Origin: Sedimentisphaerales bacterium
GTDB taxonomy: Bacteria > Planctomycetota > Phycisphaerae > Sedimentisphaerales > SM23-30
Length of the DNA stretch: 64,000 nt
Direction: 5' to 3'
Assembly (NCBI GenBank): GCA_963663965.2
Contig: CAXXFK010000040.1
Coordinates: forward strand, 128,365 to 192,364
Shown one piece after another: positions 1 to 10,570 of the stretch. A program made the translations under genes and the position numbers. Under the pieces are notes generated by a model, which made no database searches, had not been told where the DNA came from, and saw only the letters and a program-made list of their open reading frames with translations. The stretch's first letter is position 1. Every line of letters starts with the position of its first letter.

Positions 1-441
1 CCCTCAATATTGCTCCATAAAACCAGAGCCATCTGTTTAAATTTTAAATACTTAGTGATTTTAATTCTCATTTCTGGACTCCCTGCGGGCAGGCAACGCA
101 ACAGAGTATATTCGCCCGGGGTTCTGAAGCTTTTTATTACAATACAGTAACCAGACAATGAAACTTGTAAAAGTGAGAACCCGATTAACATTTGATTAGG
201 TTTCAGTGAGCCTGACTCCAAGACAATCTGCCGGCGTAGGTTACATCAATTTTTCAATAAATGGTTCGAGTCGTCGTTAGCTCGAATACGATTGTTGCCA
301 TCAGATCACAATTCGTCAGTAATACTCAAGTTAAGAGTGAAATAAATAACAACCAGTAAAAATTAAAATATGATAAAAATTTTCCAAATAGAGGTATTCA
401 AGAGAAAAAAGATCGGCTGTTATTTCAACCTTGACCCGGCT

Positions 442-3400
442 TTATTCCGCCAATAGTTTCTGAATGTACCACCGGGTATCAACCTGGTCGCTTTTTGGGG
501 TGAGTAACAGAGATCCATCCGGTCCGATCAGAAAATAGCTGGGAGCGATATCCTCAACCCCGTAATCGGATGACATTTTTGAATGTCGTCCGATACGCAC
601 CTGCGGCCAGGGCAGCTGACAGGAATCGACATGTTTTTTAACGACGAAGTCGGCATTATCCATACTCAATCCGATCAGCTCAAACCGGTCGCCGTACGAT
701 GCTTTCAGATCAGCATACATCTCCTTAAGCTCAGGAACGTTGGCCACACACGGACCGCACCAGGTCGCCCAGAAATAAAGGATCACTACTTTGCCGCGAT
801 AATCCTGCAGCCGGATCGTTTTGCCGTCCAGCGTCTTAAGGGAAAACGACGGCGCAGGCTTTTTGCCGCCAGATAAATCATGAATCGAAACCTGATCAGG
901 CAATACCCGATTCTCTTCAATGACCAGCGCTTTGGCATCCAGATGGGGCATGGCAGCCAGAAAACTCTGACGGGCAATCTGGCCTATCATCCGGCTGGTC
1001 AGGATATTCAGATAACCCAGCGCCGGCAATCGTGACAAACGGTCCAGACTTCCATCCGTGAAACTGCCCGTTAACCGCACAAAATTCAATTGATCCATAC
1101 CCGCCAGATTATCCAGACATTCATTCGTCAGATAAGGGCTGCCGATAACCAGTTTGGTCAGATTGGTCAAACCCTTCAAATGGGCAAATCCCGCGTTGGT
1201 AATGGCGGAATGCTGGGTCAGGCCGACCTGAAACCATCTCAAATTATGCAGATGCTTCAAGGTGCTGAGATCCTCGTCACTCAAGGCGTCGTAGATACGG
1301 ACATTATCGATGCGACTGAGCCCCAGGGTCAGTGTCAGTTCTTCCAGGTTGTGCAACCCCGACAGGTCCAGTCCGGTATCATCCTGCCTGACCTCGGTGA
1401 TCTTCAAGCGCTTCAGCTTTCCCAGCCGGTTCAATCCGGATATGCCCGCGATGGAAGCGTTTTTGCAGGTCAACGACAGATCTTCCAATTCTGTCAGTGA
1501 GTTGATCTTGACCAGTCCGGCATTGGTTATCGCCGGCGCGATCAGGTTCAAGGTTTTCAGTTTATTCAAATTGATCAGAGCGTCCAGACCCGCGTCGGAA
1601 AATCCAGTACCACCGATTAATAAATACTCCAGTTGGGTTAATTGAGACAGATGTTTCAGGGCGGCATCGTTCAGCGGGCTGTTCGTATAACCGCCCACCC
1701 ATAAATGCCGCAGGTTTTTCAAAGTGGCAATCCGGGCCAGTCCCTGATCGGTTATACCGCCGTTGGGCAGATCCAGATATGTTAATGACGGGATCCGGGC
1801 CAGATGCGCCATCCCGGCATCGGTTATTTGGGTCTGGCCGGCGTCGCGCTTGCCGATATCCAGTTTTTGCAGATTGGGCAACGCCGTCAGGCTGGCCAGC
1901 CCCTGGTCGCTGACCTGGGTATTATAAAGGCACAAATGCTTCAGCGCGGGCAACCGGGATAAATGCCGCACACCCTCATCACCGATAGACTGATGCATCA
2001 CATTGACAATTTCCAGGGAAGGAATGGCCGTTAGATGCGCCAGACCGGCATCGGTAAAATTAGTACCGCTGAGAATAAGATATCGCAATGTCTTCAGGCC
2101 GGTAATATTCGCAAGACCCTCGTCGCCAATGCGTTCACCGCCCAGCGACAGTTCTTCAATCGTTTCAGATTTCGACAATGCCTTCAGGCCCTGGTTGGTA
2201 ATACGGGTGTTATTCCCAACCAGATACAAACCTTTCAGGGCCGGCAGCTGGACCGCACGATTTAAACCGGTGTTCCCGACTTTGTCGGACAGATTTAATC
2301 TTTCCAGTAAAATCAGTCGCGCAATATGATCCAGGCCCTGGCTGGAAATGTCACCGGCCAGAGTTAATTCACGCAGGCCGGTCAGCTGGGTGACAAAATC
2401 CATACAGCTGTCGTTTGCGCTTGCCGGTAATGTCAGGGCATACAAATCATCCGGCTGCAACTGTCCCAGCGGAGACAGATCGCTGGCAGCCTGTTCACTG
2501 ACATACAAATGAACCCGCTTCCCTGCCGGAACCGACACCTCGCCCCGGGCATGGCTGAGATAACTGGCTTTATCGCCCCAGTTGACATTGTTATCCCAGT
2601 AATGAAATGTCTGGACTTCTCTTTTCAAGCTGTCATCCATAATCATAAGCCGGCCCAGCGAACAATCCTCGGGAAAATGCAAAATCCGGCCGGGAATCGT
2701 GAGGGCGGCTGGTTCTGCCTGCGTCAGACTGAATCCGCCAATCAGGGCCAGCATGAAAACACCCAAACCCAGCGACAACGCCATCCACTGGCGCGGCAGA
2801 CGAGCAGGATATAAACGCTGTTTCAGAATACGAATACGTGATACTACTTCTGCGGAACGCGCCATGGGTATCCCGCCCAGGGCAGGCACGGGACCGAGGA
2901 TTTCCAGGGCAATCGCCGCCAGGGTACTCGAATAAGATCGGGAATCGCCGATATAGTTCGCCGCAACCGCGTCTCCGGCCTCTTCGCAGGCGGCGCCATG
3001 GGCATCACGCGTCTTCCAGACCAGCGGATGGAACCAGTAAGCCATCTGGATTAGACGATTCAGCAACAGCCAGAACAGATCTCTCGATTTGATATGCGCG
3101 ATTTCATGGGCCAATACCCCCGGCAACTGACTGCGATAACCATCGGCAAGCATACGTTCCGGAATAATAATGACCGGTTTGGCTAACCCGGCAAGAAACG
3201 GCGTTCCCAGCCGGTCAGAATAACGCAATTGAATGGTGGCATTTACCTGGAAATCTTGCGCCACTCGATTTAGTAATGATTGCAATGGCTCCGGAGCCGG
3301 TACCGCCACAGAAACCATTATCCGGATCCGTAACCAGCCGCAGAGTGTCAGGCCCAACGCCACAACAACGATCAGTCCCCAGGCCGCCGGCAACAGCGAA

Positions 3401-3804
3401 GATCCATTTTTTCTGATCCAGACCTTAAATGAAACGGATGCGTTGACTGACGCCGCAGGCGCCCGAGCAATCACATGGACTTCTGGATCTGTTGCATTGG
3501 AGAGCTCCGATCCCTCGACCGGATGGTCCATTGACAAAACAGCGTCATAGGGGGTATATGCGTCGGCGGCCCTGATGGTCTGTGAGGGCGGCGCAATGGC
3601 AACTTTCAGGTAGCCGATAGGAGTCAGAACCGGAATGAGTACCAGCCCCGTCAGACAGCTACGCCATACGATCTGACGCCAGCGCGGATTTTGCCGGCGC
3701 AAGATACCATTCAAAGACCAGCCAATCAGGAGCAGAAGTGTGCTTTTTAATAAAATCGACAAGGGCAACGGCAGATCGACCAAGACATTGATGAAACTTC
3801 CCAT
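442..3804 (-). CDS. BlaR1/MecR1-like M56 metallopeptidase fused to leucine-rich repeats and a C-terminal TlpA-type thioredoxin domain
   Basis: N-terminal TM helices; HEIAH zinc motif and YWFHPLVW; many LxxLxL repeats; FWATWCGPC redoxin motif; directly downstream of a BlaI gene. Confidence 0.9.
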   Translation of the reverse strand: MGSFINVLVDLPLPLSILLKSTLLLLIGWSLNGILRRQNPRWRQIVWRSCLTGLVLIPVLTPIGYLKVAIAPPSQTIRAADAYTPYDAVLSMDHPVEGSELSNATDPEVHVIARAPAASVNASVSFKVWIRKNGSSLLPAAWGLIVVVALGLTLCGWLRIRIMVSVAVPAPEPLQSLLNRVAQDFQVNATIQLRYSDRLGTPFLAGLAKPVIIIPERMLADGYRSQLPGVLAHEIAHIKSRDLFWLLLNRLIQMAYWFHPLVWKTRDAHGAACEEAGDAVAANYIGDSRSYSSTLAAIALEILGPVPALGGIPMARSAEVVSRIRILKQRLYPARLPRQWMALSLGLGVFMLALIGGFSLTQAEPAALTIPGRILHFPEDCSLGRLMIMDDSLKREVQTFHYWDNNVNWGDKASYLSHARGEVSVPAGKRVHLYVSEQAASDLSPLGQLQPDDLYALTLPASANDSCMDFVTQLTGLRELTLAGDISSQGLDHIARLILLERLNLSDKVGNTGLNRAVQLPALKGLYLVGNNTRITNQGLKALSKSETIEELSLGGERIGDEGLANITGLKTLRYLILSGTNFTDAGLAHLTAIPSLEIVNVMHQSIGDEGVRHLSRLPALKHLCLYNTQVSDQGLASLTALPNLQKLDIGKRDAGQTQITDAGMAHLARIPSLTYLDLPNGGITDQGLARIATLKNLRHLWVGGYTNSPLNDAALKHLSQLTQLEYLLIGGTGFSDAGLDALINLNKLKTLNLIAPAITNAGLVKINSLTELEDLSLTCKNASIAGISGLNRLGKLKRLKITEVRQDDTGLDLSGLHNLEELTLTLGLSRIDNVRIYDALSDEDLSTLKHLHNLRWFQVGLTQHSAITNAGFAHLKGLTNLTKLVIGSPYLTNECLDNLAGMDQLNFVRLTGSFTDGSLDRLSRLPALGYLNILTSRMIGQIARQSFLAAMPHLDAKALVIEENRVLPDQVSIHDLSGGKKPAPSFSLKTLDGKTIRLQDYRGKVVILYFWATWCGPCVANVPELKEMYADLKASYGDRFELIGLSMDNADFVVKKHVDSCQLPWPQVRIGRHSKMSSDYGVEDIAPSYFLIGPDGSLLLTPKSDQVDTRWYIQKLLAE

Positions 3805-3823
3805 GCGGAACGCTCCTTAATCT

Positions 3824-4198
3824 TTATTTTGATGATTTTTCCCGTGATTTATTTTTGGCCACGGCTTCCAACTCCAATAGCTCCTCTTTGCTCAACTTCT
3901 CGTTTTTGATCAATTCGGCGATAAAACCGGCCGTCGAGCCATTGGCATAAACCTCCACCAACCGCCGAACCAGTGTCTTCAACGAATTTTTCCGTTGGGT
4001 GATCGCTTGGTAGTAATAGGCCTTACCTACCTTGATACGCGAGACATGCCCCTTTTCCAACAACACTTTCAACTGAAAACGTAAAGCCGCGTTCTTAATG
4101 TCCCGACTGTATTTCTCCTGGATTTCGGAGGGCTTGAGTTCCCCGTGTTTCCATAGGATCTTCATGACTTCCAACTCGGTCGCGGTAAATGATGACAT
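3824..4198 (-). CDS. BlaI/MecI/CopY family transcriptional repressor
   Basis: ELEVMKILW...LLEKGHV..K.GKAYYY winged-helix signature; RBS AGGAG upstream; adjacent to the M56 gene. Confidence 0.93.
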   Translation of the reverse strand: MSSFTATELEVMKILWKHGELKPSEIQEKYSRDIKNAALRFQLKVLLEKGHVSRIKVGKAYYYQAITQRKNSLKTLVRRLVEVYANGSTAGFIAELIKNEKLSKEELLELEAVAKNKSREKSSK

Positions 4199-4221
4199 GA
4201 CAGAATCTCCTGTTTAAATAA

Positions 4222-4292
4222 CTAGCTATATGTAGAATATACTACAGATTCAGGAGAAAGCAAATTTTTTATGTAGTTTTTTCTACACTTCA
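4222..4292 (-). promoter_or_regulatory. Probable promoter/operator of the first blaI operon
   Basis: Clustered TACA/TGTA half-sites (gctatatgtag, ctacagattcag, tgtagttttttctaca); minus-strand TTGCTT-N16-TATATT; layout resembles 10238-10295. Confidence 0.5.
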
Positions 4293-4345
4293 ATTCTGTC
4301 ACACAGATTGCCCTCTTTCAACCCTTTGAAAACAAGCTAGTTACA

Positions 4346-4440
4346 CCCTTTACCATTGAATTTTCCGTTGCGCCGGGAGATAACTATTTGACGAGTAATT
4401 TAAATTTCGAGCGACTGGGAATTTATACCCAATGAGTAAA
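4346..4440 (+). repeat. Dispersed ~100-bp intergenic repeat, copy 1 (copy 2 at 32156-32256)
   Basis: Shared blocks cctttac.attgaatt, agataa.tatttgacgagtaat and ttaaatttcgag.ga. Confidence 0.75.
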
Positions 4441-4588
4441 GTAATGATATTCCCCGAACTTCTTAGATCAATTTCCCACAGATGAAGCGATGGGCATAGA
4501 GAAACAAGCTAATCCGACAGCAATGAGTCCTGAAAACGTTGAGTTATCGATAACATACCAATGAATATCAGGCAACAGGAAGGCAGAT

Positions 4589-7500
4589 TCAACGCGAGAT
4601 ACCAAAGCCCGGGAATGGACGCTGGTTGCTGGTTGAATGATAACCGGGACGCTGGGGACCGTAGCTGGTATTGGAGTTAAAACGATTCATCTCAAAACCA
4701 TTGCGATCAGAACGATTACGGTCGCCATTACGATTAAAGCGGTCGTAACCCATCCCGCCATAACCGCTGCCCATCCCCATGCCGCCATACATTAACGGAT
4801 TTTCCAATACCAGGTCGGCAATATAATAAGTTTTAAAAACCATATCCTCACCCGGTTTGGCCGCCCGGATGACAACGATCCCATCGTCATCGACCCGATA
4901 GGTCGCCGCGCCGGTCTTGCCACCGGAGACACAGGCCAGCGCCTGCTTCAATACTGTAGCAGGCGATACCTGGCGCAATTGCATCCGAACCGGATCATCC
5001 GGCAGGATACCCAGTTTATCAAGCTCATCCCACATGACGACAAAATTCAAACCGGTCTGCATCCGTAGATCGGCGATCACTTCTTCCAGCGGGGTATCCT
5101 GATAGGCCACGGTCATACCCATCGATTTTGGCTTTGGGCTCATTTGCACCGGTTTAAGCTCCGGGCGGTATTCCACCGGTTGAGGTGATGAACTGACCTG
5201 GGCGATGTCTGCCACTGGCGGCTGGCTGGAGGACCTGGTTGCAGGGACCAATTCCGTCGAACCAGCCGGCGGCGATTCGATTCGATAGCGGGCCAGGGCC
5301 GCCAAATATTTTTCCCGTTGTTCCGGCGTGACACTGACCGGTTGCGAATCGATAGCGGGAACTTCTTTTCCATCAATAATCGTTACATTGGCGATGATGT
5401 AGAGCGTCAAGTTGTTGTAATTCAACCCGCCCACAATGACCGGCGTATCGGGTAGTATCGTTGCGGACGTAACAATACTCTGGGCTTTCTTTTCCGGCGT
5501 TCCGCTACCGCTGTCAGATATGGTTTCGACCAGGTCGTATTGCAAATCGAGCTTGATCAGTTCGCCCGATTTAAGAATAGTCGCCCGGCCAATAAAGTTG
5601 AAGGCATATTTGGGAGAATCGATAGCAACCGTGAATACATCGCCACCCCTGACCGTGACCAAAGGCGACATCAACAGCGCGTTACCATCCGCCGAGTTTC
5701 GCGCCATTTCGATCAGTTTATCGACGTCGAATTTAAAATTGGGCGCCAGGGCTTCCTGGGAGGTGGGATCGAGATTCTCAGCGCCCATGACGGGCGGGCG
5801 AGATAGTGAGACCACTTTAAAATTAATTTTCACTGCCGAGGGCGCCTGGGTGTCCGACGAAACATTCTTTTCTGATTTTTGGGGGGTAACCGTTGCGACT
5901 TTGCTGGTTTTACTGGATTGCCCGCCCCCCATACCCATACCGCCGCCCGTTTTCTGAAGCAAAGCGACTCTTAACTCAGCCAGCATCGCCTCTTTATAGG
6001 CCTGGGGCGTGTCGATCTTTTCCAGTCGCTGTTGTTGCTCCTGCAAGATCTTCGCTAAAGCGCTGATAATATTAATATCATGTTCCCGGGCGCATTCCAG
6101 GGCGACGAACTGCTCCTTCTGCCCGGCTATACTCGATTCAAACATCTTCGTCAGGTCCTCGCCTTCAGCGGCTTCCAGTAGATCGATTTGTTCCTGTATC
6201 CGTCGTTTGCCGAACTCCTGGGGTGTCAGGGTCCGGGCTTCCAAAGCGTTTTTCAAACTCTGACCGACATTCAGATCAAATTTTATTCCCATATCGGTCT
6301 TAACAAAGGTGATGGGATAAGGCATATATTGATCGTTTTTGATCGGCATCAGAGTCATAGCACGGGTGCGAGTGGCGCTGAGCGGCCGGAGTGAAACCAG
6401 ATAAATTTTCTGATCATGATCGGATCCGAACAGTTTAAAATCCCCTTTTTCATCCCGGGTTAGAACCTCAAAGTCCTGACGCTGTTGATCATTTTCAAAG
6501 TAGATCATTTCGGCCAGAAATGCAGGATCATCGCATGCCTGTAAAGTGGCTAACATGGTCCTGGCCTGATCTTCGGTGATAATGCTGACCGGTGGAGCGG
6601 TTTGTTGACGCGGTACAACCCGCAGTTCAACGCTCGATGCCTGAAGCACGGCGGCATTATCGAAATAAAACAGCGCCGTTTCATTGCTGACAAAAGGCTG
6701 ACCGGCATTCAAGCCGGTATTTTCAATAGTCTGTTCTGAACAGCCCAGTTCCTGGTTATTTCGATCCAGCGACCGCAGACGGATATCCCACTGACCTTTG
6801 GGCCAGGATACCAGGGTATACTTCAATTCAGCCACCCACTGATTCTGATATTCCGCCGGTACCTGCCGCCAGAACTGTATAGTGTCGCCCGTCCGGTTGC
6901 GAGAGGAATGAAACTGCACGGACTGACACTGAAGCACCTTGTCCCCCAGTGTCAGGTTCACTGATATTGGATTTTCTTTGTCCAGCGGCGCGCGCCAGAA
7001 GTATTCCGTGGCGCTGCCGGTTGAGCCCAGCGGATGGTAGCCCACCTGGCTGAGATATTCGAAGCGATACGAGTCCAATTGATGCACAAGTTCGATATTG
7101 GCCTGCCACCACTGGGCGGCATCCTGCTCGCCCGGCGCCAGGGCAATTTCCAGCACGGTGTTTCCCCTGTTGGGCACAGACTTCAACTGACGATCCAGCG
7201 AGGGATCGCCCAGTATGACCGGCTGACCTTCGAAGGTGGCCTGACCGCTGTCCGGATCGACCACCAGCCGGACAAAATGCCGCTGAAAACTGGCGCCGGC
7301 CTGCGTTGGATCGACCGGTGGCGCTGGATTGGCGTCAAGGGATTTGATCACAATATCGAATCGTTCCACATCGCGGGCTTCAATGCCTTCATAAACCAGC
7401 TTCATTGTCTCGCTGCTGACCGCAGCAACTCCCGCGATAATCCCGCTGTTCTCCACATATTGCGAGGCCTGACCCAGAATAAGACCATCCCCGCCCAGCA

Positions 7501-9652
7501 ATCGCACCGAAACTATCCAACTCCCCTTGGGACCGGATAAAAGCTGATAATTCAGCCGCGCAATCATGATCTTGGCTGAGCTGGATGAATAGTCTTCAAA
7601 ACGAATCGCCTGACAATGGATGCGCCGGTCCGGCAGCCCTCGCTCGATAATTATTTCACGATCCAGCCCAAACCGTTCGGACACTAAAAACAGGATCCCC
7701 TCATCATTCCCTGAACCGGTTCCCGCGGCATCCAATAGACTGAGTTTCATTTCGGCCAGCATAACAGCGTTTTTAATACTGTTCTGATAATACTCATGCT
7801 CCGGCTTGAACTGCTTGAACTGATAAAATAATTTAACGCGTAACGGTTCCGCGACCGAACGTATCGCCTCCAGCGCCCGGTTTATGCGAACCTCATGATT
7901 TTCAGTACTGCCGGCGATCAGCCAGATGCCATCTACCACTTTACGCGTTTGCGGATCAACATTGCGATACTCCCGCAAAAACTGCAACCGCTGCAGGGCG
8001 TTCTGGGCATTATCGACAATATCCGCCTTATCACTGGTAATGGCATCTTCGAGAATGCCCACCGCCCGGTCATCTTTCAGTTGACCCAGCGCCCAGGCCG
8101 CGCAGCGCCGGACATAGCGATCCGGGTTTCTGCGCAGCATCTCTGCTATGGCATCATAAGAGTCCTGATCACCAAGACTGGCCAGCGCCATCGCCGCCAT
8201 ACCACGCGTAGTCGTCTCTTTATAATTGAGTAATTCAGTCAGCGGTCCGACGGCAATGCTGCCATCGGGCCATTCCAGCATATCGATAATATAAATCGCC
8301 GAACGCAATTTCGTTATTTTCCGATTAGACAGGTAAGGCACCAGTTGTTCCAGGGTCTGGTCCGCCGGATGTTTCTGGATCAATGAAAAGACACGCCGCA
8401 GATTCTCGCTTTGACGTTCAGTCGATTGCGACAAGATACTGATCGCTTCATTGATATCCTTTTTAATCTGTTTCTCACCGCCGGTTTCCTTCGCGGCGCC
8501 GGCCATCGGGATCAGCACCAGGCCCGCGATCAACAATCCGGCCAGACCCGCCAGGCCAATGCGGGCGCTGGTGGGAAACGGCCGCGCCGACATATGGCTG
8601 ATACGGTCTTTCAGGGCCGACTTCGATTCGACCACCCCGATCAGCCGCAGGCTCAAACTCGGCCGGCTGAACGCCGTACGGGATAGTTCCAGCAGGGTTC
8701 GGGGATAATCTTCTGCCTGCTGCCCCATCGCCGCCAGCACGGCTTCATCGACGGCCTTTTCCCGCATGTTTCGAATCATCGCATTGGCCAGCCAGAGCAA
8801 CGGGTGGAAAAAGTAGACCGTTTGAATGGCCGTTTGAATAAAACTCACCCACAGGTCATAACGCTTGATATGAGTCAATTCATGCAGCAGGACCGCCCGC
8901 ATCTGATGGGTTGATAACTGGCCGGGCAGATCATGCGGAATCAAGATAACCGGTCGCAGCAATCCGCAGACCGATGGGCTGGTCGTATTGGGAGAAAGCC
9001 GTAATTCAATCTGTTCGGCCATTCCCAACTGCCGGCGGCACCGATCCAGCAGATCGATTATCCCTGCGTCGGCCGGATCCGCCTGACGGATCAAGCCTCT
9101 GACAAACTGCCAGCGCTGGGCAATCAGCAATGTCACCAGTAATATCAGCGCCAGCCAGACCGCCACCAATCCCCCCCACCAGGTTAATTCAACAGCAGGC
9201 GCCTGCGAAGGAGTCACTGTCTGTGCCTGAACTGAAGCAGTTGGCTCCGGTCGAGAAGCCGGTATCTCCATAGGCATCTCAGATTTCATACCCATGGGAA
9301 AAATCGGTTCACTGTTATAAAACAAGGCTTCCGGAACTGTCACAGGAGATGGCAGTTCCGTTACCGGCTCGGCAACCACTGCCCGATTTTGCCAATGATC
9401 GATTAATGTCTCGCCAAAACCGCCCAGGTACCAGCCCAGGCCGGTCGGAGCCGCCAGCGTTACCGGCAACATCAGCTTGACAATCACCAGCAGCCACAGA
9501 CAATAACGAAAAATCGCCGTTACCCGTTTCCGGATCAGCCAGTCAATACCCCAGATCGCCAGAATCATCAGGCTGCTCTGGATCAGCATCGGAATAAAAA
9601 ACCGGACCCACTGATCACCGGCGCCATTCAAAAATTCTATTACTGCATTCAT
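4589..9652 (-). CDS. BlaR1-like M56 metallopeptidase with HEAT repeats, a duplicated unknown domain and a secretin-N/STN-like C-terminus
   Basis: HELTH and YFFHPLLW motifs; HEAT repeats (VRRCAAWALGQL); C-terminal ...PLEEVIADLR...KTYYIADLV followed by a Gly/Met-rich tail. Confidence 0.85.
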   Translation of the reverse strand: MNAVIEFLNGAGDQWVRFFIPMLIQSSLMILAIWGIDWLIRKRVTAIFRYCLWLLVIVKLMLPVTLAAPTGLGWYLGGFGETLIDHWQNRAVVAEPVTELPSPVTVPEALFYNSEPIFPMGMKSEMPMEIPASRPEPTASVQAQTVTPSQAPAVELTWWGGLVAVWLALILLVTLLIAQRWQFVRGLIRQADPADAGIIDLLDRCRRQLGMAEQIELRLSPNTTSPSVCGLLRPVILIPHDLPGQLSTHQMRAVLLHELTHIKRYDLWVSFIQTAIQTVYFFHPLLWLANAMIRNMREKAVDEAVLAAMGQQAEDYPRTLLELSRTAFSRPSLSLRLIGVVESKSALKDRISHMSARPFPTSARIGLAGLAGLLIAGLVLIPMAGAAKETGGEKQIKKDINEAISILSQSTERQSENLRRVFSLIQKHPADQTLEQLVPYLSNRKITKLRSAIYIIDMLEWPDGSIAVGPLTELLNYKETTTRGMAAMALASLGDQDSYDAIAEMLRRNPDRYVRRCAAWALGQLKDDRAVGILEDAITSDKADIVDNAQNALQRLQFLREYRNVDPQTRKVVDGIWLIAGSTENHEVRINRALEAIRSVAEPLRVKLFYQFKQFKPEHEYYQNSIKNAVMLAEMKLSLLDAAGTGSGNDEGILFLVSERFGLDREIIIERGLPDRRIHCQAIRFEDYSSSSAKIMIARLNYQLLSGPKGSWIVSVRLLGGDGLILGQASQYVENSGIIAGVAAVSSETMKLVYEGIEARDVERFDIVIKSLDANPAPPVDPTQAGASFQRHFVRLVVDPDSGQATFEGQPVILGDPSLDRQLKSVPNRGNTVLEIALAPGEQDAAQWWQANIELVHQLDSYRFEYLSQVGYHPLGSTGSATEYFWRAPLDKENPISVNLTLGDKVLQCQSVQFHSSRNRTGDTIQFWRQVPAEYQNQWVAELKYTLVSWPKGQWDIRLRSLDRNNQELGCSEQTIENTGLNAGQPFVSNETALFYFDNAAVLQASSVELRVVPRQQTAPPVSIITEDQARTMLATLQACDDPAFLAEMIYFENDQQRQDFEVLTRDEKGDFKLFGSDHDQKIYLVSLRPLSATRTRAMTLMPIKNDQYMPYPITFVKTDMGIKFDLNVGQSLKNALEARTLTPQEFGKRRIQEQIDLLEAAEGEDLTKMFESSIAGQKEQFVALECAREHDINIISALAKILQEQQQRLEKIDTPQAYKEAMLAELRVALLQKTGGGMGMGGGQSSKTSKVATVTPQKSEKNVSSDTQAPSAVKINFKVVSLSRPPVMGAENLDPTSQEALAPNFKFDVDKLIEMARNSADGNALLMSPLVTVRGGDVFTVAIDSPKYAFNFIGRATILKSGELIKLDLQYDLVETISDSGSGTPEKKAQSIVTSATILPDTPVIVGGLNYNNLTLYIIANVTIIDGKEVPAIDSQPVSVTPEQREKYLAALARYRIESPPAGSTELVPATRSSSQPPVADIAQVSSSPQPVEYRPELKPVQMSPKPKSMGMTVAYQDTPLEEVIADLRMQTGLNFVVMWDELDKLGILPDDPVRMQLRQVSPATVLKQALACVSGGKTGAATYRVDDDGIVVIRAAKPGEDMVFKTYYIADLVLENPLMYGGMGMGSGYGGMGYDRFNRNGDRNRSDRNGFEMNRFNSNTSYGPQRPGYHSTSNQRPFPGFGISR

Positions 9653-9749
9653 TAGTAAGCCCTCATAAAAACCTTGTCATCGGGTTGCCTTGGTCTCGAT
9701 TCAATCGTCATCAGCCTGTCCATGATGTCCCGGCTGAAGGCGGGTCTGT

Positions 9750-10130
9750 TCATCCCCTTTTACGTTTTTTCAGAATCTCTTCCAGTTGCTCATAATCTTT
9801 GTCCGTCAGCGTTTCATTCTCCAATAGAAACTGCATCATGGGTGTGACCGCTCCATTGAAAGCACGCTTGACTGTCTTCATAATCTCTTTCTTGCGGGCC
9901 TGGGTGGGCGTGATGGCCGCGCTGTAAAGATACAGATTGCGTATCTTCTGAACCGTCAACAGACCTTTCTTTACCATCCGGTCCATGAGCGTCTTCACCG
10001 TGGTATAAGCCCAACCCCGCTCACTATTCAACGCCTCCTGCACGGTTGGGGCCGCCACTGGCTCCAAGTCCCAGACCGCCTTGAGAATCGTCCATTCACT
10101 GTCAATTATCTCTTTGATCTCGGTTTTCAT
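9750..10130 (-). CDS. BlaI/MecI/CopY family repressor
   Basis: SEWTILKAVW...WAYTTVKTLMDRMVKKG; start moved to the ATG at 10130 behind GGAGAG. Confidence 0.93.
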   Translation of the reverse strand: MKTEIKEIIDSEWTILKAVWDLEPVAAPTVQEALNSERGWAYTTVKTLMDRMVKKGLLTVQKIRNLYLYSAAITPTQARKKEIMKTVKRAFNGAVTPMMQFLLENETLTDKDYEQLEEILKKRKRG

Positions 10131-10237
10131 GCATATCTCTCCGGATGGATACAAAAATCATATTCTTAAAAATAGGATATCAGCATGTTATTAAGACGCG
10201 GACGCCCGAATAACATATCTATCATCGACATGTATAT

Positions 10238-10266
10238 ATTATAATCTACATATGTAGAGCGTGCAA
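10238..10266 (-). promoter_or_regulatory. Sigma70-type promoter TTGCAC-N17-TATAAT with a BlaI-type operator TCTACATATGTAGA (10245-10258) in the spacer
   Basis: Read directly from the sequence; TACA-N2-TGTA is the established BlaI/MecI/CopY operator core. Confidence 0.8.
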
Positions 10267-10409
10267 CTAATTTGTAGATATTTTACGCTTCAAATTGTTA
10301 TCCTTTTATATAATAACCTGTAATTACTGGAGATATGAATAATAAAAATATCTGCCGACACCTATTGGGCAGCTTGGAAATAATATGAAAAATACGGATA
10401 CAGTGATAG

Positions 10410-10570
10410 CGGATTCATTCAAATTCATCGTCATCTGGAATTCAATATTGGACTTAACCTTCTGCAAACGAGCCTTCAATAACTCAACCGCCTCTACTGG
10501 ATTCATATCACTCAGCACGCGGTGTAACCGGTAAATCAGCTCCAGTCCCTTGGGATCCAGCGGTAATTTT
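10410..10570 (-). pseudogene. rho: C-terminal fragment of transcription termination factor Rho
   Basis: KLPLDPKGLELIYRLHRVLSDMNPVEAVELLKARLQKVKSNIEFQMTMN resembles the Rho C-terminus; no upstream Rho sequence is present. Confidence 0.75.

Noticed and set aside
1..71. Possible minus-strand gene start (MRIKITKYLK...) behind GGAG
   Set aside because: Only 23 codons in the window; cannot be supported
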